Positions 47,583 through 58,001 of a DNA stretch of 64,000 nt are shown one piece after another. The position numbers were made by a program, and so were the translations under genes. Source of the DNA: Candidatus Collierbacteria bacterium RIFOXYD2_FULL_45_13 (GTDB taxonomy: Bacteria; Patescibacteriota; Microgenomatia; UBA1400; MFAQ01). The notes under the pieces are model-generated. The model saw only the letters and a program-made list of their open reading frames with translations. It was not told where the DNA came from and did not search any database. The stretch is from the NCBI GenBank assembly GCA_001774685.1, contig MFAS01000001.1:479557-543556 (forward strand), read 5' to 3'. How positions within the stretch are numbered: the stretch's first letter is position 1; the number at the start of each line of letters is the position of its first letter.

Positions 47583-48393
47583 AGTAGAACTATCCATTAT
47601 TACCGTAGGTTACAAATCCGAGGATACCATCGTGCCTTTTCTGGATTCCATTCAGAAAAATCGCGACAAAATCACTAAGGAAATCATCGTAGTTGATAAC
47701 TATCCTGGAGACAAAGGAGCCGACAAAGCTCAGAAGCATCCATTAAAGCCGACTGTCATTCGAAATACCGAAAATATTGGTTTTTCCAAGGCCATCAACC
47801 AAGGTATTAAGATCTGTCATGGAGAGTATGTTCTAATCATCAACCCGGACACTCGCATAGTTGGCTCTGCCTTGAAATATTTGTTGGACTTTGCCAGAAA
47901 AACTTCCAAGCTTGGCGCGGTCGCCCCTCGTCTTCTTAATAACGACGGCAACATTCAGCCATCGTGTTTCAAATTCCCCACCATCTGGAACGCCATTCGG
48001 TATTACTTTTTTGGTTGTAAAGATTGTTTTAACAAATATAACCCTGGCGATGAAATCACCACCGTCGATGTCGCTGTCATGGCCGCCTTTCTGGTCCCTA
48101 AGTCAGTCATTGATTATGTCGGAGGGTTGGATGAGCGCTTTTTCCTCTACTACGAGGACGTTGAGTATTGCCGGCGACTTCGTCAATTTGGTTTACCTGT
48201 TTACTACTTACCAAAAGCCAAAGTTCAACACGCCCATGGTGTCAGTGGTAACTTCACCAATCATCTAAAGTCCCCTTTGGCCAGATCGGCTCAGATTTAT
48301 CACGGTGTACTTGGATCGGCCCTTCTCAACTTTGTACTGCGTGTAGGCCAAAGATGGCAGAAGATAATTAAGTACCGTAAGTTCCGTGGTTAA
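47575..48393 (+). CDS. GT2 rhamnosyltransferase-like (WbbL-type)
   Basis: VVDN, NIGFSKAINQG, INPDT, GGLDERFFLYYEDVEYC. Confidence 0.88.
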   Translation: MNKVELSIITVGYKSEDTIVPFLDSIQKNRDKITKEIIVVDNYPGDKGADKAQKHPLKPTVIRNTENIGFSKAINQGIKICHGEYVLIINPDTRIVGSALKYLLDFARKTSKLGAVAPRLLNNDGNIQPSCFKFPTIWNAIRYYFFGCKDCFNKYNPGDEITTVDVAVMAAFLVPKSVIDYVGGLDERFFLYYEDVEYCRRLRQFGLPVYYLPKAKVQHAHGVSGNFTNHLKSPLARSAQIYHGVLGSALLNFVLRVGQRWQKIIKYRKFRG

Positions 48394-48430
48394 TTTATAG
48401 ACGGCAAAATTGCTATACTAAATCATCTAA

Positions 48431-49681
48431 ATGAAACTTACCAAGTCCCTTTGGGTCTCTCTAATTATCGCCATCATACTGAGGCTAGTCATTTCGGGTT
48501 TCACTTTTCATCCCGATTTATCCGGACAGGTGCTTACTAGCTATTTTTTTGGATACAAAAACGTCTTCAACATTTACGACCATCTTGTAAGTCTCCCGGA
48601 CACTCATCCGTTGGTTCAGAACTTCGGAATTGGTGATATTTTCATCTACCCACCTCTGACATACTTCACATTAGGTGGTTTTCTCAAATTTTTCTCCTGG
48701 ATTATTCCCGAAAAGTTCTTTTTGGATTTGATGAATGGAGTGTCGGTATATACTCTTCCCAATTTATCTTTTAATCTAATTCTGATAAAACTCCCATATC
48801 TTCTGATCGATATCGGTATGGCTTTTGGTTTGGCCTCTCTCTTTGATGAGGAGAAGCAAAAGAGGTGGGCTTTCCTGCTCTGGTTATTTAATCCGGTCAC
48901 TTTCTACGCTACTTTTTCCATGGGTGTTTTCGATATTATCCCGGCTCTTTTCACCGTCCTTTCTCTCTACTTCGCCAAAAAGAAAAATCTTTATTTGGCG
49001 GCTATCATGATCTCTCTCGGTGCGGCGTACAAACAATATCCCATTTTTCTCCTGCCCTTTATTGTCTTTGCCGGTAAAGATTTCTGGGAGCGTCTGAAGA
49101 TCGCCCTTTGCGGTTTAATTCCTTATCTCCTTACCGTTGCTCCATTTCTATCCTCCTCAGCTTTCAAATACATGGTTTTTGGGGCCAAATCACAAAAGAT
49201 GTTCTATATGGAATGGATGGTAACAGCCGCCGAAGGCGTCTATCCTTATCTTCTCGGAGTGGTCCTCATCTATTTACACGCTTTCAGGGCTTCCCACCCA
49301 ATTCAGAAATTATGGAAATATTATCTGGGTTATTTCCTTCTTCTATTTGCGGTCACTCATTATCACCCTCAGTGGTTTCTTTGGATTTCTCCTTTTATCA
49401 TTATTGAGTTGGTCGCCAATCGATGGCGCAACCTTTGGCTCAATTTAACGTTACTTGCCTGTTACATCTTTATTGTACTTACCTTCGATAACTCTCTTTC
49501 GGTAGGGCTCTTCGCTGTGGCCAATCAAAGCTTAAATAATTTTCCCGGTATCGACAAACTCTTAGCAGCCAAAACCGACTTGGTTTTCTTGAAAAGTTCG
49601 GTGAGAAGCCTATTCGCAGGTGTTAGCCTTTTTCTACTATTTGACCTTCTTCAGACAAGAAGGAGGGGGCACCTTAAATAG
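48431..49681 (+). CDS. GT-C glycosyltransferase (GT87/PIG-M-like)
   Basis: FHPDL, YPPLTY, KLPYL..D, WLFNP, GVFDIIP, KQYP, HPQWFLW. Confidence 0.8.
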   Translation: MKLTKSLWVSLIIAIILRLVISGFTFHPDLSGQVLTSYFFGYKNVFNIYDHLVSLPDTHPLVQNFGIGDIFIYPPLTYFTLGGFLKFFSWIIPEKFFLDLMNGVSVYTLPNLSFNLILIKLPYLLIDIGMAFGLASLFDEEKQKRWAFLLWLFNPVTFYATFSMGVFDIIPALFTVLSLYFAKKKNLYLAAIMISLGAAYKQYPIFLLPFIVFAGKDFWERLKIALCGLIPYLLTVAPFLSSSAFKYMVFGAKSQKMFYMEWMVTAAEGVYPYLLGVVLIYLHAFRASHPIQKLWKYYLGYFLLLFAVTHYHPQWFLWISPFIIIELVANRWRNLWLNLTLLACYIFIVLTFDNSLSVGLFAVANQSLNNFPGIDKLLAAKTDLVFLKSSVRSLFAGVSLFLLFDLLQTRRRGHLK

Positions 49682-49683
49682 GT

Positions 49684-50388
49684 ATGCCAAAAATCGGCCT
49701 CTTAGGCATTCTCTATCTTTTCTTAGTACCCTTTATTGTCTTTTCTGGGCAACCGCCTTTTCTTCTCTTTCTCTCTTTATTGCTTGGCTATCTGCTTTAT
49801 TGTCTTTTCCAAAAACCATCTCTCAGTCAATTTCTTATTTTCCTGGCAATCGTCGTCCTTGCTCTCATCATTCTCAGGCCACATCTTGGTCTTGATATGG
49901 GTTTACTAAATGCTATCAATTCCCAAAGAGGGGAACACCCAGATTTTCAAAACAGTATTATCTCTCGTCTCGTTCATAACAAGTCGGAACTGGCCCATTC
50001 TTTTATTTCCAATTTCAATAAACTTTTATCACCGGTAGCCATTTTTGCTTCAGGATTTTGGCACTGGCTCGATCCATATTATCCACTGGGTTATCTTTTT
50101 CCGTGGGATATCTATTTTATTTATCGCTATTTTCGAAATACCCATCAAGGCAAAACTAACAGCAATCTAGCCTTTTTTGTTCCAGCCCTAAGCATTCTCC
50201 TCTTAGTCACCGGTTTGATCTATGTGGACCAAGCCATTGTCTTCAGTTTTGCCATTCTCTTTTTTCTCGCCTTACTTTCAGTTATTGGCTACTCCACCAC
50301 TTCGAAAAAAAACCAACTCGGTTTCCTGGTTGCCAACATCGTTTATCTTCTATACCAGCTAAATATCACTGCCTACTTTAAGTTATGA
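49684..50388 (+). CDS. Membrane protein; truncated GT-C paralog lacking the catalytic N-terminal loop
   Basis: INSQRGEH...ISRLVHNK...FISNFNKLLSP resembles the central loop of the adjacent GT-C paralogs; no DE motif. Confidence 0.6.
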   Translation: MPKIGLLGILYLFLVPFIVFSGQPPFLLFLSLLLGYLLYCLFQKPSLSQFLIFLAIVVLALIILRPHLGLDMGLLNAINSQRGEHPDFQNSIISRLVHNKSELAHSFISNFNKLLSPVAIFASGFWHWLDPYYPLGYLFPWDIYFIYRYFRNTHQGKTNSNLAFFVPALSILLLVTGLIYVDQAIVFSFAILFFLALLSVIGYSTTSKKNQLGFLVANIVYLLYQLNITAYFKL

Positions 50389-52067
50389 CCAAACAGAGAA
50401 TCTTATTTTGGGTCATCATCCTCGTTATCATCTTTTTTACCCGTTTTTATCGGCTGACAGAGTATCCTCCACATCTAACCATAGATGAAGTCTCCATTGG
50501 TTATAACGCTTTTTCTATTTTGAAAACTGGTAGAGATGAGTGGGGAACCCCCTTCCCTGTCTCGTTCCGTTCAGTAGGGGATTACAAGGCTCCCGTTCTC
50601 GTTTATCTCACCATTCCTTTTGTTTGGCTTCTGGGTCTAAACGAGTTGAGTGTGCGGCTTCCGGTGGCCATCTTCTCCGCCTTCAACGTTTTTTTGGTTT
50701 GGTATCTCATTCGTCGTCATATCTTTGATCACAAATACTCCTACTTGTCTTACCTCGCCGCCATTATTTTCTCGCTATCACCTTGGTTAACGATCTTTTC
50801 TCGCTCCGGTTTCGAGGCTGTTATTGCCCTTACTTTTTTGTTGGCCAATGTCCTCTTTGCCTTTGAGTTTCGAAAGTCAGGATATCTAATCCACTTCTTT
50901 TATATGTTTGTCTTTGCTTATCTCTCGGCAATTGCCTACCACTCCACCAAGATTGTTGTTCCTCTGCTGAACCTTTTCTTTATTTTGACCAACTACCATT
51001 TCTTTCTTAATTGTGTCACCGGGTGGTATGCCCGGAAAAAGTTTACCTTTCTGTTCGCCATCCTTCTCTTAGTCGGTGTTACTGTCTTTTTTCTCCAAAA
51101 CTTTATACTCGGACCCGGTGCCTCCAGAGCCGGCATGACCTTTCTATCAAAAGATTACGACTTTACCAATGGTCTTCTGCCGAAGTTTTCTGGCCATCCC
51201 ATGGCTTCACTTACCTCCACCGTCGGCCTCGCTGGTTTATGGTTCAAAAGATATCTGGAATATTTTTCCGCCAATTTTTATCTTTCAAACGGCCTAGGCC
51301 TAGCGACACCCGGGCACCCCGGGCAAGGAGTGATCTTTGCCGTTGAATACCCCTTTCTAATCATTGGATTCTTTATCTTACTTTTTGGTCGCCGTTTCTT
51401 TGCTTCTTCCGTTTCCCATTATTTTGTCACCACCATTCTCACCGGCTGGTTTTTCTTCTCTTTATTACCGGCCTCAATTACCAACAATAGCCAGCACGCT
51501 TTACGGACTCTAAACATCGTCCCGGTAATCTCTATCCTTATTACCATAGGGTTTATTTATTGTTTTGAATTTTTCCGATCGAAACTAGCTAAGTCTCTCT
51601 TGGTTTCTTTTGTTATCCTTGGCTATCTATTCGGTCTCATCAGATTTACCGATTACTACACACTTCATTACCCAATTGAGCTTTCGGAAACCCGTTCCTA
51701 TGGCTGGAAACAAATCGCTATTTTTGCCAATGACCATTACACGGAGTATGACCATGTTTATGTCGATCCTCAGTTTGGGACTCAAGGTCCCTACACTTAC
51801 GGCGTACCCTATTTGTATTTCCTATTCTACTCACGGTACGACCCTAATCTATACAATTCCGATCCTCGCCGGAGACTTGGCGGTAGTGACTTTGAAAATT
51901 ACCTTTTTACGCCAATCAACTGGCCAGACCTCGACCACAGTCAAAATAATTTATACATTGCCAGCCCCTGGAGTCTCCCCAAAGAGATGATCGGATCTTC
52001 CCGACAAAAATACTACGTACCATTTCTCAATCAATCCTCAGGCTTATATGTCGTTTCCGATCGATAA
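50385..52067 (+). CDS. GT-C glycosyltransferase (ArnT/PMT_2-like), array paralog 1
   Basis: LTIDEVSIGYNAFSILKTGRDEWG, SVGDYKAP, VRLP, SPW...SR..FE. Confidence 0.88.
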   Translation: MTKQRILFWVIILVIIFFTRFYRLTEYPPHLTIDEVSIGYNAFSILKTGRDEWGTPFPVSFRSVGDYKAPVLVYLTIPFVWLLGLNELSVRLPVAIFSAFNVFLVWYLIRRHIFDHKYSYLSYLAAIIFSLSPWLTIFSRSGFEAVIALTFLLANVLFAFEFRKSGYLIHFFYMFVFAYLSAIAYHSTKIVVPLLNLFFILTNYHFFLNCVTGWYARKKFTFLFAILLLVGVTVFFLQNFILGPGASRAGMTFLSKDYDFTNGLLPKFSGHPMASLTSTVGLAGLWFKRYLEYFSANFYLSNGLGLATPGHPGQGVIFAVEYPFLIIGFFILLFGRRFFASSVSHYFVTTILTGWFFFSLLPASITNNSQHALRTLNIVPVISILITIGFIYCFEFFRSKLAKSLLVSFVILGYLFGLIRFTDYYTLHYPIELSETRSYGWKQIAIFANDHYTEYDHVYVDPQFGTQGPYTYGVPYLYFLFYSRYDPNLYNSDPRRRLGGSDFENYLFTPINWPDLDHSQNNLYIASPWSLPKEMIGSSRQKYYVPFLNQSSGLYVVSDR

Positions 52068-52091
52068 CGAATATAATTCTATTAGACTAAC

Positions 52092-52907
52092 ATGAAGAAT
52101 CTAATTTTTTGGACATCCACCATTCTCATATTTGTCTTCTGGCCGTTTTCATTTGTTCTTTCGAATCGGTCCGACTCGGTCATCTTTATCCTCGCTGCCT
52201 TAGTTTTGTTGGTGGACCGGTTTCTTTATCTTCGGAAGTACCAATATCACTATTTTACTTACCTGGTTTTGCCGTTACTTCATCCGGCCTACTTATTCTT
52301 TCCGATAGTCGCCATTCTTTTTTACTGGTCTGATATCAAAAAAATGTCTCTGGTTATTTACGCCGTATTCTTGATATTTATCTCCCTGTTTTCCTGGCAA
52401 TCCTTTTACGCCTACTCCATCTTTACTCCCGATCCGCTAGCCTTCGACACTCTAAACAAAAAAATCTCCCTTATTCCGAACAGGAACCTTGCCCGAATCT
52501 TTCACAACAAAACCGACCTTTTTCAGGATAAATTCAAGTCAAACGTTTTAACTTCTCTAGATCCAAACAACTATTTTTTTGCTCTTCACCCTCGGGAAAT
52601 TTTTGAAAACCAAAATCTCCACAAGTTCCCCTTCTTGGCCATAGTTCTCTTCTTGATTGGACTCTATCTCTTGATCAAGAGCCAGGATAGACTGTGGATA
52701 GTGTCTACACTCTTAGCCGGAATATTTTCCATTGCTCTGATCAATAATCAAGACAAGTTCGATCTGATTTTATATCTGCCCATCGCTCTCATCTGTTTAA
52801 TTGGCTTGAGAAAAATCTTTACTCTTTGCCAAGCATATTACCTTATTTTTTCCTTTCTCTTCTTACCTCTATCAATTATCGAACTGGCTCGCATAATCTT
52901 TAGATAA
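52092..52907 (+). CDS. Membrane protein; truncated GT-C paralog lacking the catalytic N-terminal loop
   Basis: LARIFHNKT..FKSNVLTSLDPNNYFF..HPRE...FLIGLYLL aligns by eye with KAIHNKV..FLKNIVRPLSFDYLF..NPRH...LLFGLYKL of 54578. Confidence 0.62.
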   Translation: MKNLIFWTSTILIFVFWPFSFVLSNRSDSVIFILAALVLLVDRFLYLRKYQYHYFTYLVLPLLHPAYLFFPIVAILFYWSDIKKMSLVIYAVFLIFISLFSWQSFYAYSIFTPDPLAFDTLNKKISLIPNRNLARIFHNKTDLFQDKFKSNVLTSLDPNNYFFALHPREIFENQNLHKFPFLAIVLFLIGLYLLIKSQDRLWIVSTLLAGIFSIALINNQDKFDLILYLPIALICLIGLRKIFTLCQAYYLIFSFLFLPLSIIELARIIFR

Positions 52908-54581
52908 ATGAAGTTCTCGCATAAATATCTGCCGACCATTCTCATACTATTTGCTTTCTTGATTGGAGCTTTCTTCCGTTTTTACAAACTGGGGGAAACC
53001 CCCATAGGCCTCTATGTGGATGAAGCTTCACTTGGCTACAACGCCTATTCTGTCTACAAAACCGGCCTGGACGAATACGGTAAAAGTTTTCCTGTGATGT
53101 TCCGCTCCTTTTCCACCTTTCAGAGCCCAATATATTCTTACCTTCTGATTCCTGTTATTCACTTTCTGGATCTATCAATTTTTTCGGTGCGGCTACCCTC
53201 AGCCTTGTTCGGAGTTCTTACCATACCCTTAATTTATTTACTCGTCCGCCAACTTGCACCTCGCACTAAATACTTCGCACCAATCTCCGCCTTTCTCCTC
53301 GCAATTTCCCCGTGGCATATCAACTATAGCCGTACTGCCTATGAAGCAAATGTGGCCTTGTTTTTCTTGTTGCTGGGTTCCCTCTTTCTTCTAAATGCTC
53401 TCAAAAAATCTTGGTTCTTTCTCCCCGCCGCTTTATCATTCGTTATCTCCATGATGGCTTATCGGGCGGAAATAATCATCGTGCCGCTACTGGTCATCAC
53501 TTTCGCCCTTCGTTTTTCTGGCACAATCCTAGCTGAATCAAAACGGTATGCGTTACCCATCTTTATCAGTCTGGTCTTAGCCTTCGTCATTTTTTTTCCG
53601 ACTCTTCAAATTATGGGGACGCCGGGTTTCCAGGCCAGATCTTCTGTCCTCAATATTTTTGCCACCTCAGGACAACGTCCTTGGGGTGTTGGTGAAGGGC
53701 AGGGTCTGGTCCATGCTTTCACAAACAATCCTCAGATATTGGCAATCAGAGAGTTTCTCTCGCTATATAGTTCCTATCTGTCTCCTCGGTATATGTTTTC
53801 ACTTGGAGATTCTGGGCCTCGTCTGCCTTATCCCGGTATGGGCACCTTTTTTGTTTGGCAGTTTCCGCTTTATTTAATCGGTTTATATTTTTTGATCAAA
53901 GAGAAACAGCTGAAAGAGCTTACCTTCTTTATTTTCACCTTTCTCCTAGCCTCTCCCATTCCAGCCGCTCTTACCAGAGATCCATACTCCACACTTAGAT
54001 CACTTCCTTTAGTTATACCGCAGATACTGATTATTTCTTTTGGTTTGGTTAAACTCTGGGAACTACTTCCCTCCCTTTCTTCAAAAATGAAGTATTTGGT
54101 AGTTATCTTTGCCGTCAGTTTTTCCTCGGTCAGAATGTTCATCTCTATTTTCTACTTTAATGATTATTTCAACTCCAAGTTCTGGAACTACGGCTGGGAA
54201 ACAGTAGCCAAGGAAATTAAAGAGCTAGATCCCAGACTTCCGGTGGTGGTCGATAGTTCCCGCGGAGACAGCTATATCCTGATGATGTTCTTCCTTAAGT
54301 ACGACCCCTCCCTCTATCAGCGAGATAACTTTGAAGTCTCACCAGCAGAGTACTACACCAGCCTCACTAGAAAAGAGTCTAAAAATTTAGGAAACATTAC
54401 CATCAAGAGTATTGTCTGGGGTCCGGATACCGACGAGACAGAGCAGTTCTTGGTGGCAGATTATTTGGCCATGTCGGAAGTTCAGATTGATGCCCACAAT
54501 TTGACTATAATCAAAGAGATACCCTTCCCAGACGGCAAGGTGGCCTTGAGGATATTAAAAACAAATCCAAAGCGAAAATGA
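52908..54581 (+). CDS. GT-C glycosyltransferase, array paralog 2
   Basis: LYVDEASLGYNAYSVYKTGLDEYG, VRLPSA, SPWHINYSRTAYE. Confidence 0.88.
   Translation: MKFSHKYLPTILILFAFLIGAFFRFYKLGETPIGLYVDEASLGYNAYSVYKTGLDEYGKSFPVMFRSFSTFQSPIYSYLLIPVIHFLDLSIFSVRLPSALFGVLTIPLIYLLVRQLAPRTKYFAPISAFLLAISPWHINYSRTAYEANVALFFLLLGSLFLLNALKKSWFFLPAALSFVISMMAYRAEIIIVPLLVITFALRFSGTILAESKRYALPIFISLVLAFVIFFPTLQIMGTPGFQARSSVLNIFATSGQRPWGVGEGQGLVHAFTNNPQILAIREFLSLYSSYLSPRYMFSLGDSGPRLPYPGMGTFFVWQFPLYLIGLYFLIKEKQLKELTFFIFTFLLASPIPAALTRDPYSTLRSLPLVIPQILIISFGLVKLWELLPSLSSKMKYLVVIFAVSFSSVRMFISIFYFNDYFNSKFWNYGWETVAKEIKELDPRLPVVVDSSRGDSYILMMFFLKYDPSLYQRDNFEVSPAEYYTSLTRKESKNLGNITIKSIVWGPDTDETEQFLVADYLAMSEVQIDAHNLTIIKEIPFPDGKVALRILKTNPKRK
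53254..53281 (+). repeat. In-frame heptamer repeat (TCGCACT family)
   Basis: ttgcacc tcgcact aaatact tcgcacc; shares GCACCTCGCACTAA with the repeats at 56630 and 56932. Confidence 0.65.
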
Positions 54582-56281
54582 AATTCAAAAACATCCTTAG
54601 CCGATACTGGCCCCTTCTTTTAGTTCTTCTTCTGGGCGCCACTCTCAGACTCTATGGCTTACTTCAAAATCCAATCAGTCTATTTTCCGATGAGGTGGAC
54701 ATTGGTTATCAAGCATATTCCTTTTTATCCACTGGCAAGGATTATCAGGGGAACTGGCTACCTTTACAATTCCACTCCTTCTCCGACGTTCGTACGGCTT
54801 TACCCATCTACGCGACAGCTCTCGTCTCCCTCATCCCCAATGTGAGTTTGGATCTAGCCATTCGTCTTACGCCAGCTATCTTCGCTATTCTCGGCCTACT
54901 GGTAATCTATTTTTTGGCCAATAACATTTCCGAGCTGTTTGGACTTGGTGCCCGTGGCAATCTACTTTCTCTCGGTTTCTGGTCTACACTGATTTTATCG
55001 GTACTCCCTTGGCACTTCACTTATTCACGGATTGGTTTCGAACTTTCTATGCTAATTACGTTTTATCTGTTGGGTTTATTTTTCTACACACATTTCTTAA
55101 TCCACAATAGAGTCTGGGCTTTCATAGTCTCTTTGATATTGTTTTCGCTCACTCCCATGATTTACAGCACAGCCAAGCTTGCTCTGATATTTGTTCCTCT
55201 GACTTTATATATCCTTCCCGGTGCCAAAGAACTTTTGTGGGGTAAGAAGATCTCCCTTTGGCTTCTGCTACTGTTTATACCGCTCGGTTTTATTTTTATA
55301 AACGGAGGCGCGGCTCAACGTTTCAGTGAGATATCCATTTTTACGGACCCCACGACTCCCACCGAAATTAATTTTTTAAGAAAAGAGGACTTGGGTCCGC
55401 AGGCCCCTGTTGGATCACAGACCAACTTCTTTAGTAAAGCCATCCACAACAAAGTCATTTATCCTCTGGATGTTTTTCTAAAGAACATAGTAAGACCTCT
55501 TTCTTTTGACTATCTTTTTCTTCAGGGAGACACCAACCCCAGACATGCGGTTCAAGGCTGGGGCATGATGGAAAAAGCCCTCATTATTCCGCTTCTATTT
55601 GGTCTCTACAAGTTGGCTGAAGGCAAGCAAAAAAGGTTCCTCGTTTTTCTTTTCATACTAACGGTTGCCGCTATTATTCCTTCCGCTCTGACTCGAGATG
55701 GCGCCACCCATTCCTCTAGAACGTTTATGCTTATACTGCCTTTGGTCTTGGTCACCTCCTTTGGTTTTTATAATCTTTTTTCATCTTCGAGGTGGTTGGC
55801 TCTTTTGATTTTCTTGATGCTTCTGGTAGACACTTCTTACTACCTTCATGACTACTGGTCCCATTATCGGTACACGTCAGAGAGGTCTTGGAGTGCCGGC
55901 ATGAAAGGATTGATGGAATCAGTTGGTAAACACCCTGATCAGCCGGTAACTATCTCTCCAAAGTACGAGTATCCACTCATCTTCTATTTGTATTACACCC
56001 GCTTAGATCCACGAAAATTCCAAGCTTACTCCCAAAACCATACTGTTTATAACTCTACCTCAGGAAACTTTAACCTGGATGGCAACCGGATCGGGGACTC
56101 CAATTTCTACATTGCTTCGCTGGTGGATTACAAAAACAAACCTTCCGCATTATTACCAAACGCAGTTTATTACCTCACCAGGTCCGAGGTTGACACCAGT
56201 GCAATTGGTTCTGTGGCGACGATCGATGACATTATTAGTTTGCCCTCCGGCGAACCACTTTATTATGAACTCCATTACTAA
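54578..56281 (+). CDS. GT-C glycosyltransferase, array paralog 3
   Basis: LFSDEVDIGYQAYSFLSTGKDYQG, PWHFTYSRIGFE, YSTAK. Confidence 0.87.
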   Translation: MKFKNILSRYWPLLLVLLLGATLRLYGLLQNPISLFSDEVDIGYQAYSFLSTGKDYQGNWLPLQFHSFSDVRTALPIYATALVSLIPNVSLDLAIRLTPAIFAILGLLVIYFLANNISELFGLGARGNLLSLGFWSTLILSVLPWHFTYSRIGFELSMLITFYLLGLFFYTHFLIHNRVWAFIVSLILFSLTPMIYSTAKLALIFVPLTLYILPGAKELLWGKKISLWLLLLFIPLGFIFINGGAAQRFSEISIFTDPTTPTEINFLRKEDLGPQAPVGSQTNFFSKAIHNKVIYPLDVFLKNIVRPLSFDYLFLQGDTNPRHAVQGWGMMEKALIIPLLFGLYKLAEGKQKRFLVFLFILTVAAIIPSALTRDGATHSSRTFMLILPLVLVTSFGFYNLFSSSRWLALLIFLMLLVDTSYYLHDYWSHYRYTSERSWSAGMKGLMESVGKHPDQPVTISPKYEYPLIFYLYYTRLDPRKFQAYSQNHTVYNSTSGNFNLDGNRIGDSNFYIASLVDYKNKPSALLPNAVYYLTRSEVDTSAIGSVATIDDIISLPSGEPLYYELHY

Positions 56282-57992
56282 AAATCGACCACTCCTCTTC
56301 CTCTTTTTGTTCACCTTGCTCGGTGGTCTGCTCCGTTTTTGGAAATTAGACTCCTTTCCCGTTTCCCCAAACTGGGATGAAGCAAGTCACGGTTATAACG
56401 CTTTCTCGATTTTATTGACTGGCAAGGACGAATGGGGGGTCAGACTTCCTCTAATTTTTCGAGCCTTTGGTGATTACAAGCTACCTCTATATATCTACCT
56501 CACTGCTATACCTGTTTGGTTATTCGGATTAACCACCTTTTCGGTCCGCTTCATTTCTGCCTTGGCCGGCACTCTTGCCATCCCAGGCATTTACTTATTA
56601 ACCCGTGAGCTCTTTTCTCCATCACCAACCACTTCGCACTCCGCACCTCGCACTAACTACTCACTTTTCTCCGCTCTCCTCTTGGCCCTTTCTCCCTGGC
56701 ACTTTTTCATTTCCCGCCCGGCTTTGGAAGCCAACCTTTCTCTTACCTTAATCATTTTCGGCTTCTATTTCTTACTTAAATTCTTCCACTCAATTTCTCG
56801 CACCAATCACTACGCACTAATCACTTCTGTGGTTCTTCTCGGTCTCTCTCTCCATACTTACAATACGGCACGAGTCTTCGTGCCCTTACTCGTCATCGCG
56901 TCGTTTCTTATTTTTCGCCCCTCGTTCCGTGCACTTCGCACTCCGCACCTCGCACTAATAAGTTCCACCTTTCTTGCCCTTCTTTTCTCCGGTCTGGTTA
57001 TCTTTCAAGTATTTCTTGGTGCTGGTACCGCCCGTTATGAGAAACTCAAGATACTTTCTCCGGCCACTGTCTTCCAAATAGGGGAACAGAGAGCCCACAG
57101 CACTCTTAGTCCGCTCATCTCCAAATTAGTCCATAACCGCCCCATCTATTTCTTATCTGCTTTTACCAAAAATTATCTTGGATATTTCTCGCCACAATTT
57201 TTTTCTCAGCAATGGGGAGCCCAGTTCCAATTCGCCATTCCCGGTCAAAGTCTCTTAACTCTCCCCATCTTTCTTCTTGCTCTTCTCGGTTTTTCATTAC
57301 ACCTGCCGTCACTACGAGGTTCCTGGTCTTCGTTAAAATTCCTTTACGCTTGGTTACTTCTTTCCCCAGTAGCGGCCAGTCTTACTATCGACCCTCCCCA
57401 GGCACTCCGTCCGAATCCCATGATCCCGGCCATCATTATTTTTGCGGGTCTTGGTTTGTCTTGGCTGTTGACTGTTATTCCTGCCAAATTCATTAAACTC
57501 TTTACGATACTACTAGTACTATGGATCGGTGTCTCTTTTGGCTATTATCTCAGACAGTATTTTGGGAGCTATGCCTTGACGTATTCTTCTTCCTGGCAAT
57601 ACGGCTACGCCGAAGCCATGAACTTTGTTAAGGATCATCGGAATGAATATGATCGTGTTTTTATTACCAAACGTTTCGGAGAACCACACATTTTCTATGC
57701 CTTTTTCAATAGAGTTTCTCCACTATCAATACAACCAGGTGGGGACAATATTCGTTTTCAAAAATCGGATTGGTACTGGACGGATAAGATAGATAACATC
57801 TATTTCATCAATGATTGGCAAATTCCGGTCACTTCCATCAAGACTCTTCCTTTGGAGAGTGGGGGAGAGGTATCAACCCAAAAGAGCCTCTTAATTACTT
57901 CTGCCGGTCATGTCCCTGTCAACGCCCATGTCATTAAGACAGTCAATTTTCTCGATGGATCCCCAGCGTTTATAATTACCTCAGTACCTTAG
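56265..57992 (+). CDS. GT-C glycosyltransferase, array paralog 4
   Basis: PNWDEASHGYNAFSILLTGKDEWG, AFGDYKLP, SPWHFFISRPALE. Start set at ATG 56265. Confidence 0.88.
   Translation: MNSITKNRPLLFLFLFTLLGGLLRFWKLDSFPVSPNWDEASHGYNAFSILLTGKDEWGVRLPLIFRAFGDYKLPLYIYLTAIPVWLFGLTTFSVRFISALAGTLAIPGIYLLTRELFSPSPTTSHSAPRTNYSLFSALLLALSPWHFFISRPALEANLSLTLIIFGFYFLLKFFHSISRTNHYALITSVVLLGLSLHTYNTARVFVPLLVIASFLIFRPSFRALRTPHLALISSTFLALLFSGLVIFQVFLGAGTARYEKLKILSPATVFQIGEQRAHSTLSPLISKLVHNRPIYFLSAFTKNYLGYFSPQFFSQQWGAQFQFAIPGQSLLTLPIFLLALLGFSLHLPSLRGSWSSLKFLYAWLLLSPVAASLTIDPPQALRPNPMIPAIIIFAGLGLSWLLTVIPAKFIKLFTILLVLWIGVSFGYYLRQYFGSYALTYSSSWQYGYAEAMNFVKDHRNEYDRVFITKRFGEPHIFYAFFNRVSPLSIQPGGDNIRFQKSDWYWTDKIDNIYFINDWQIPVTSIKTLPLESGGEVSTQKSLLITSAGHVPVNAHVIKTVNFLDGSPAFIITSVP
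56627..56963 (+). repeat. Three in-frame heptamer tandem arrays (56627-56661, 56798-56825, 56929-56963)
   Basis: Units tcgcact/ccgcacc/aatcact; identical 27-mer CACTTCGCACTCCGCACCTCGCACTAA at 56630 and 56932. Confidence 0.85.
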
Positions 57993-58001
57993 GTGCTACT
58001 C

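Noticed and set aside
56079-56264. N-terminal extension of GT-C paralog 4
   Set aside because: Lies within the upstream gene; paralog alignment supports ATG 56265.
56627-56963. CRISPR array or DGR template/variable repeat interpretation of the 27-bp direct repeat
   Set aside because: Only two copies, internally heptameric, no regular spacers, no adenine-specific mismatches, and no cas or RT gene in the window.
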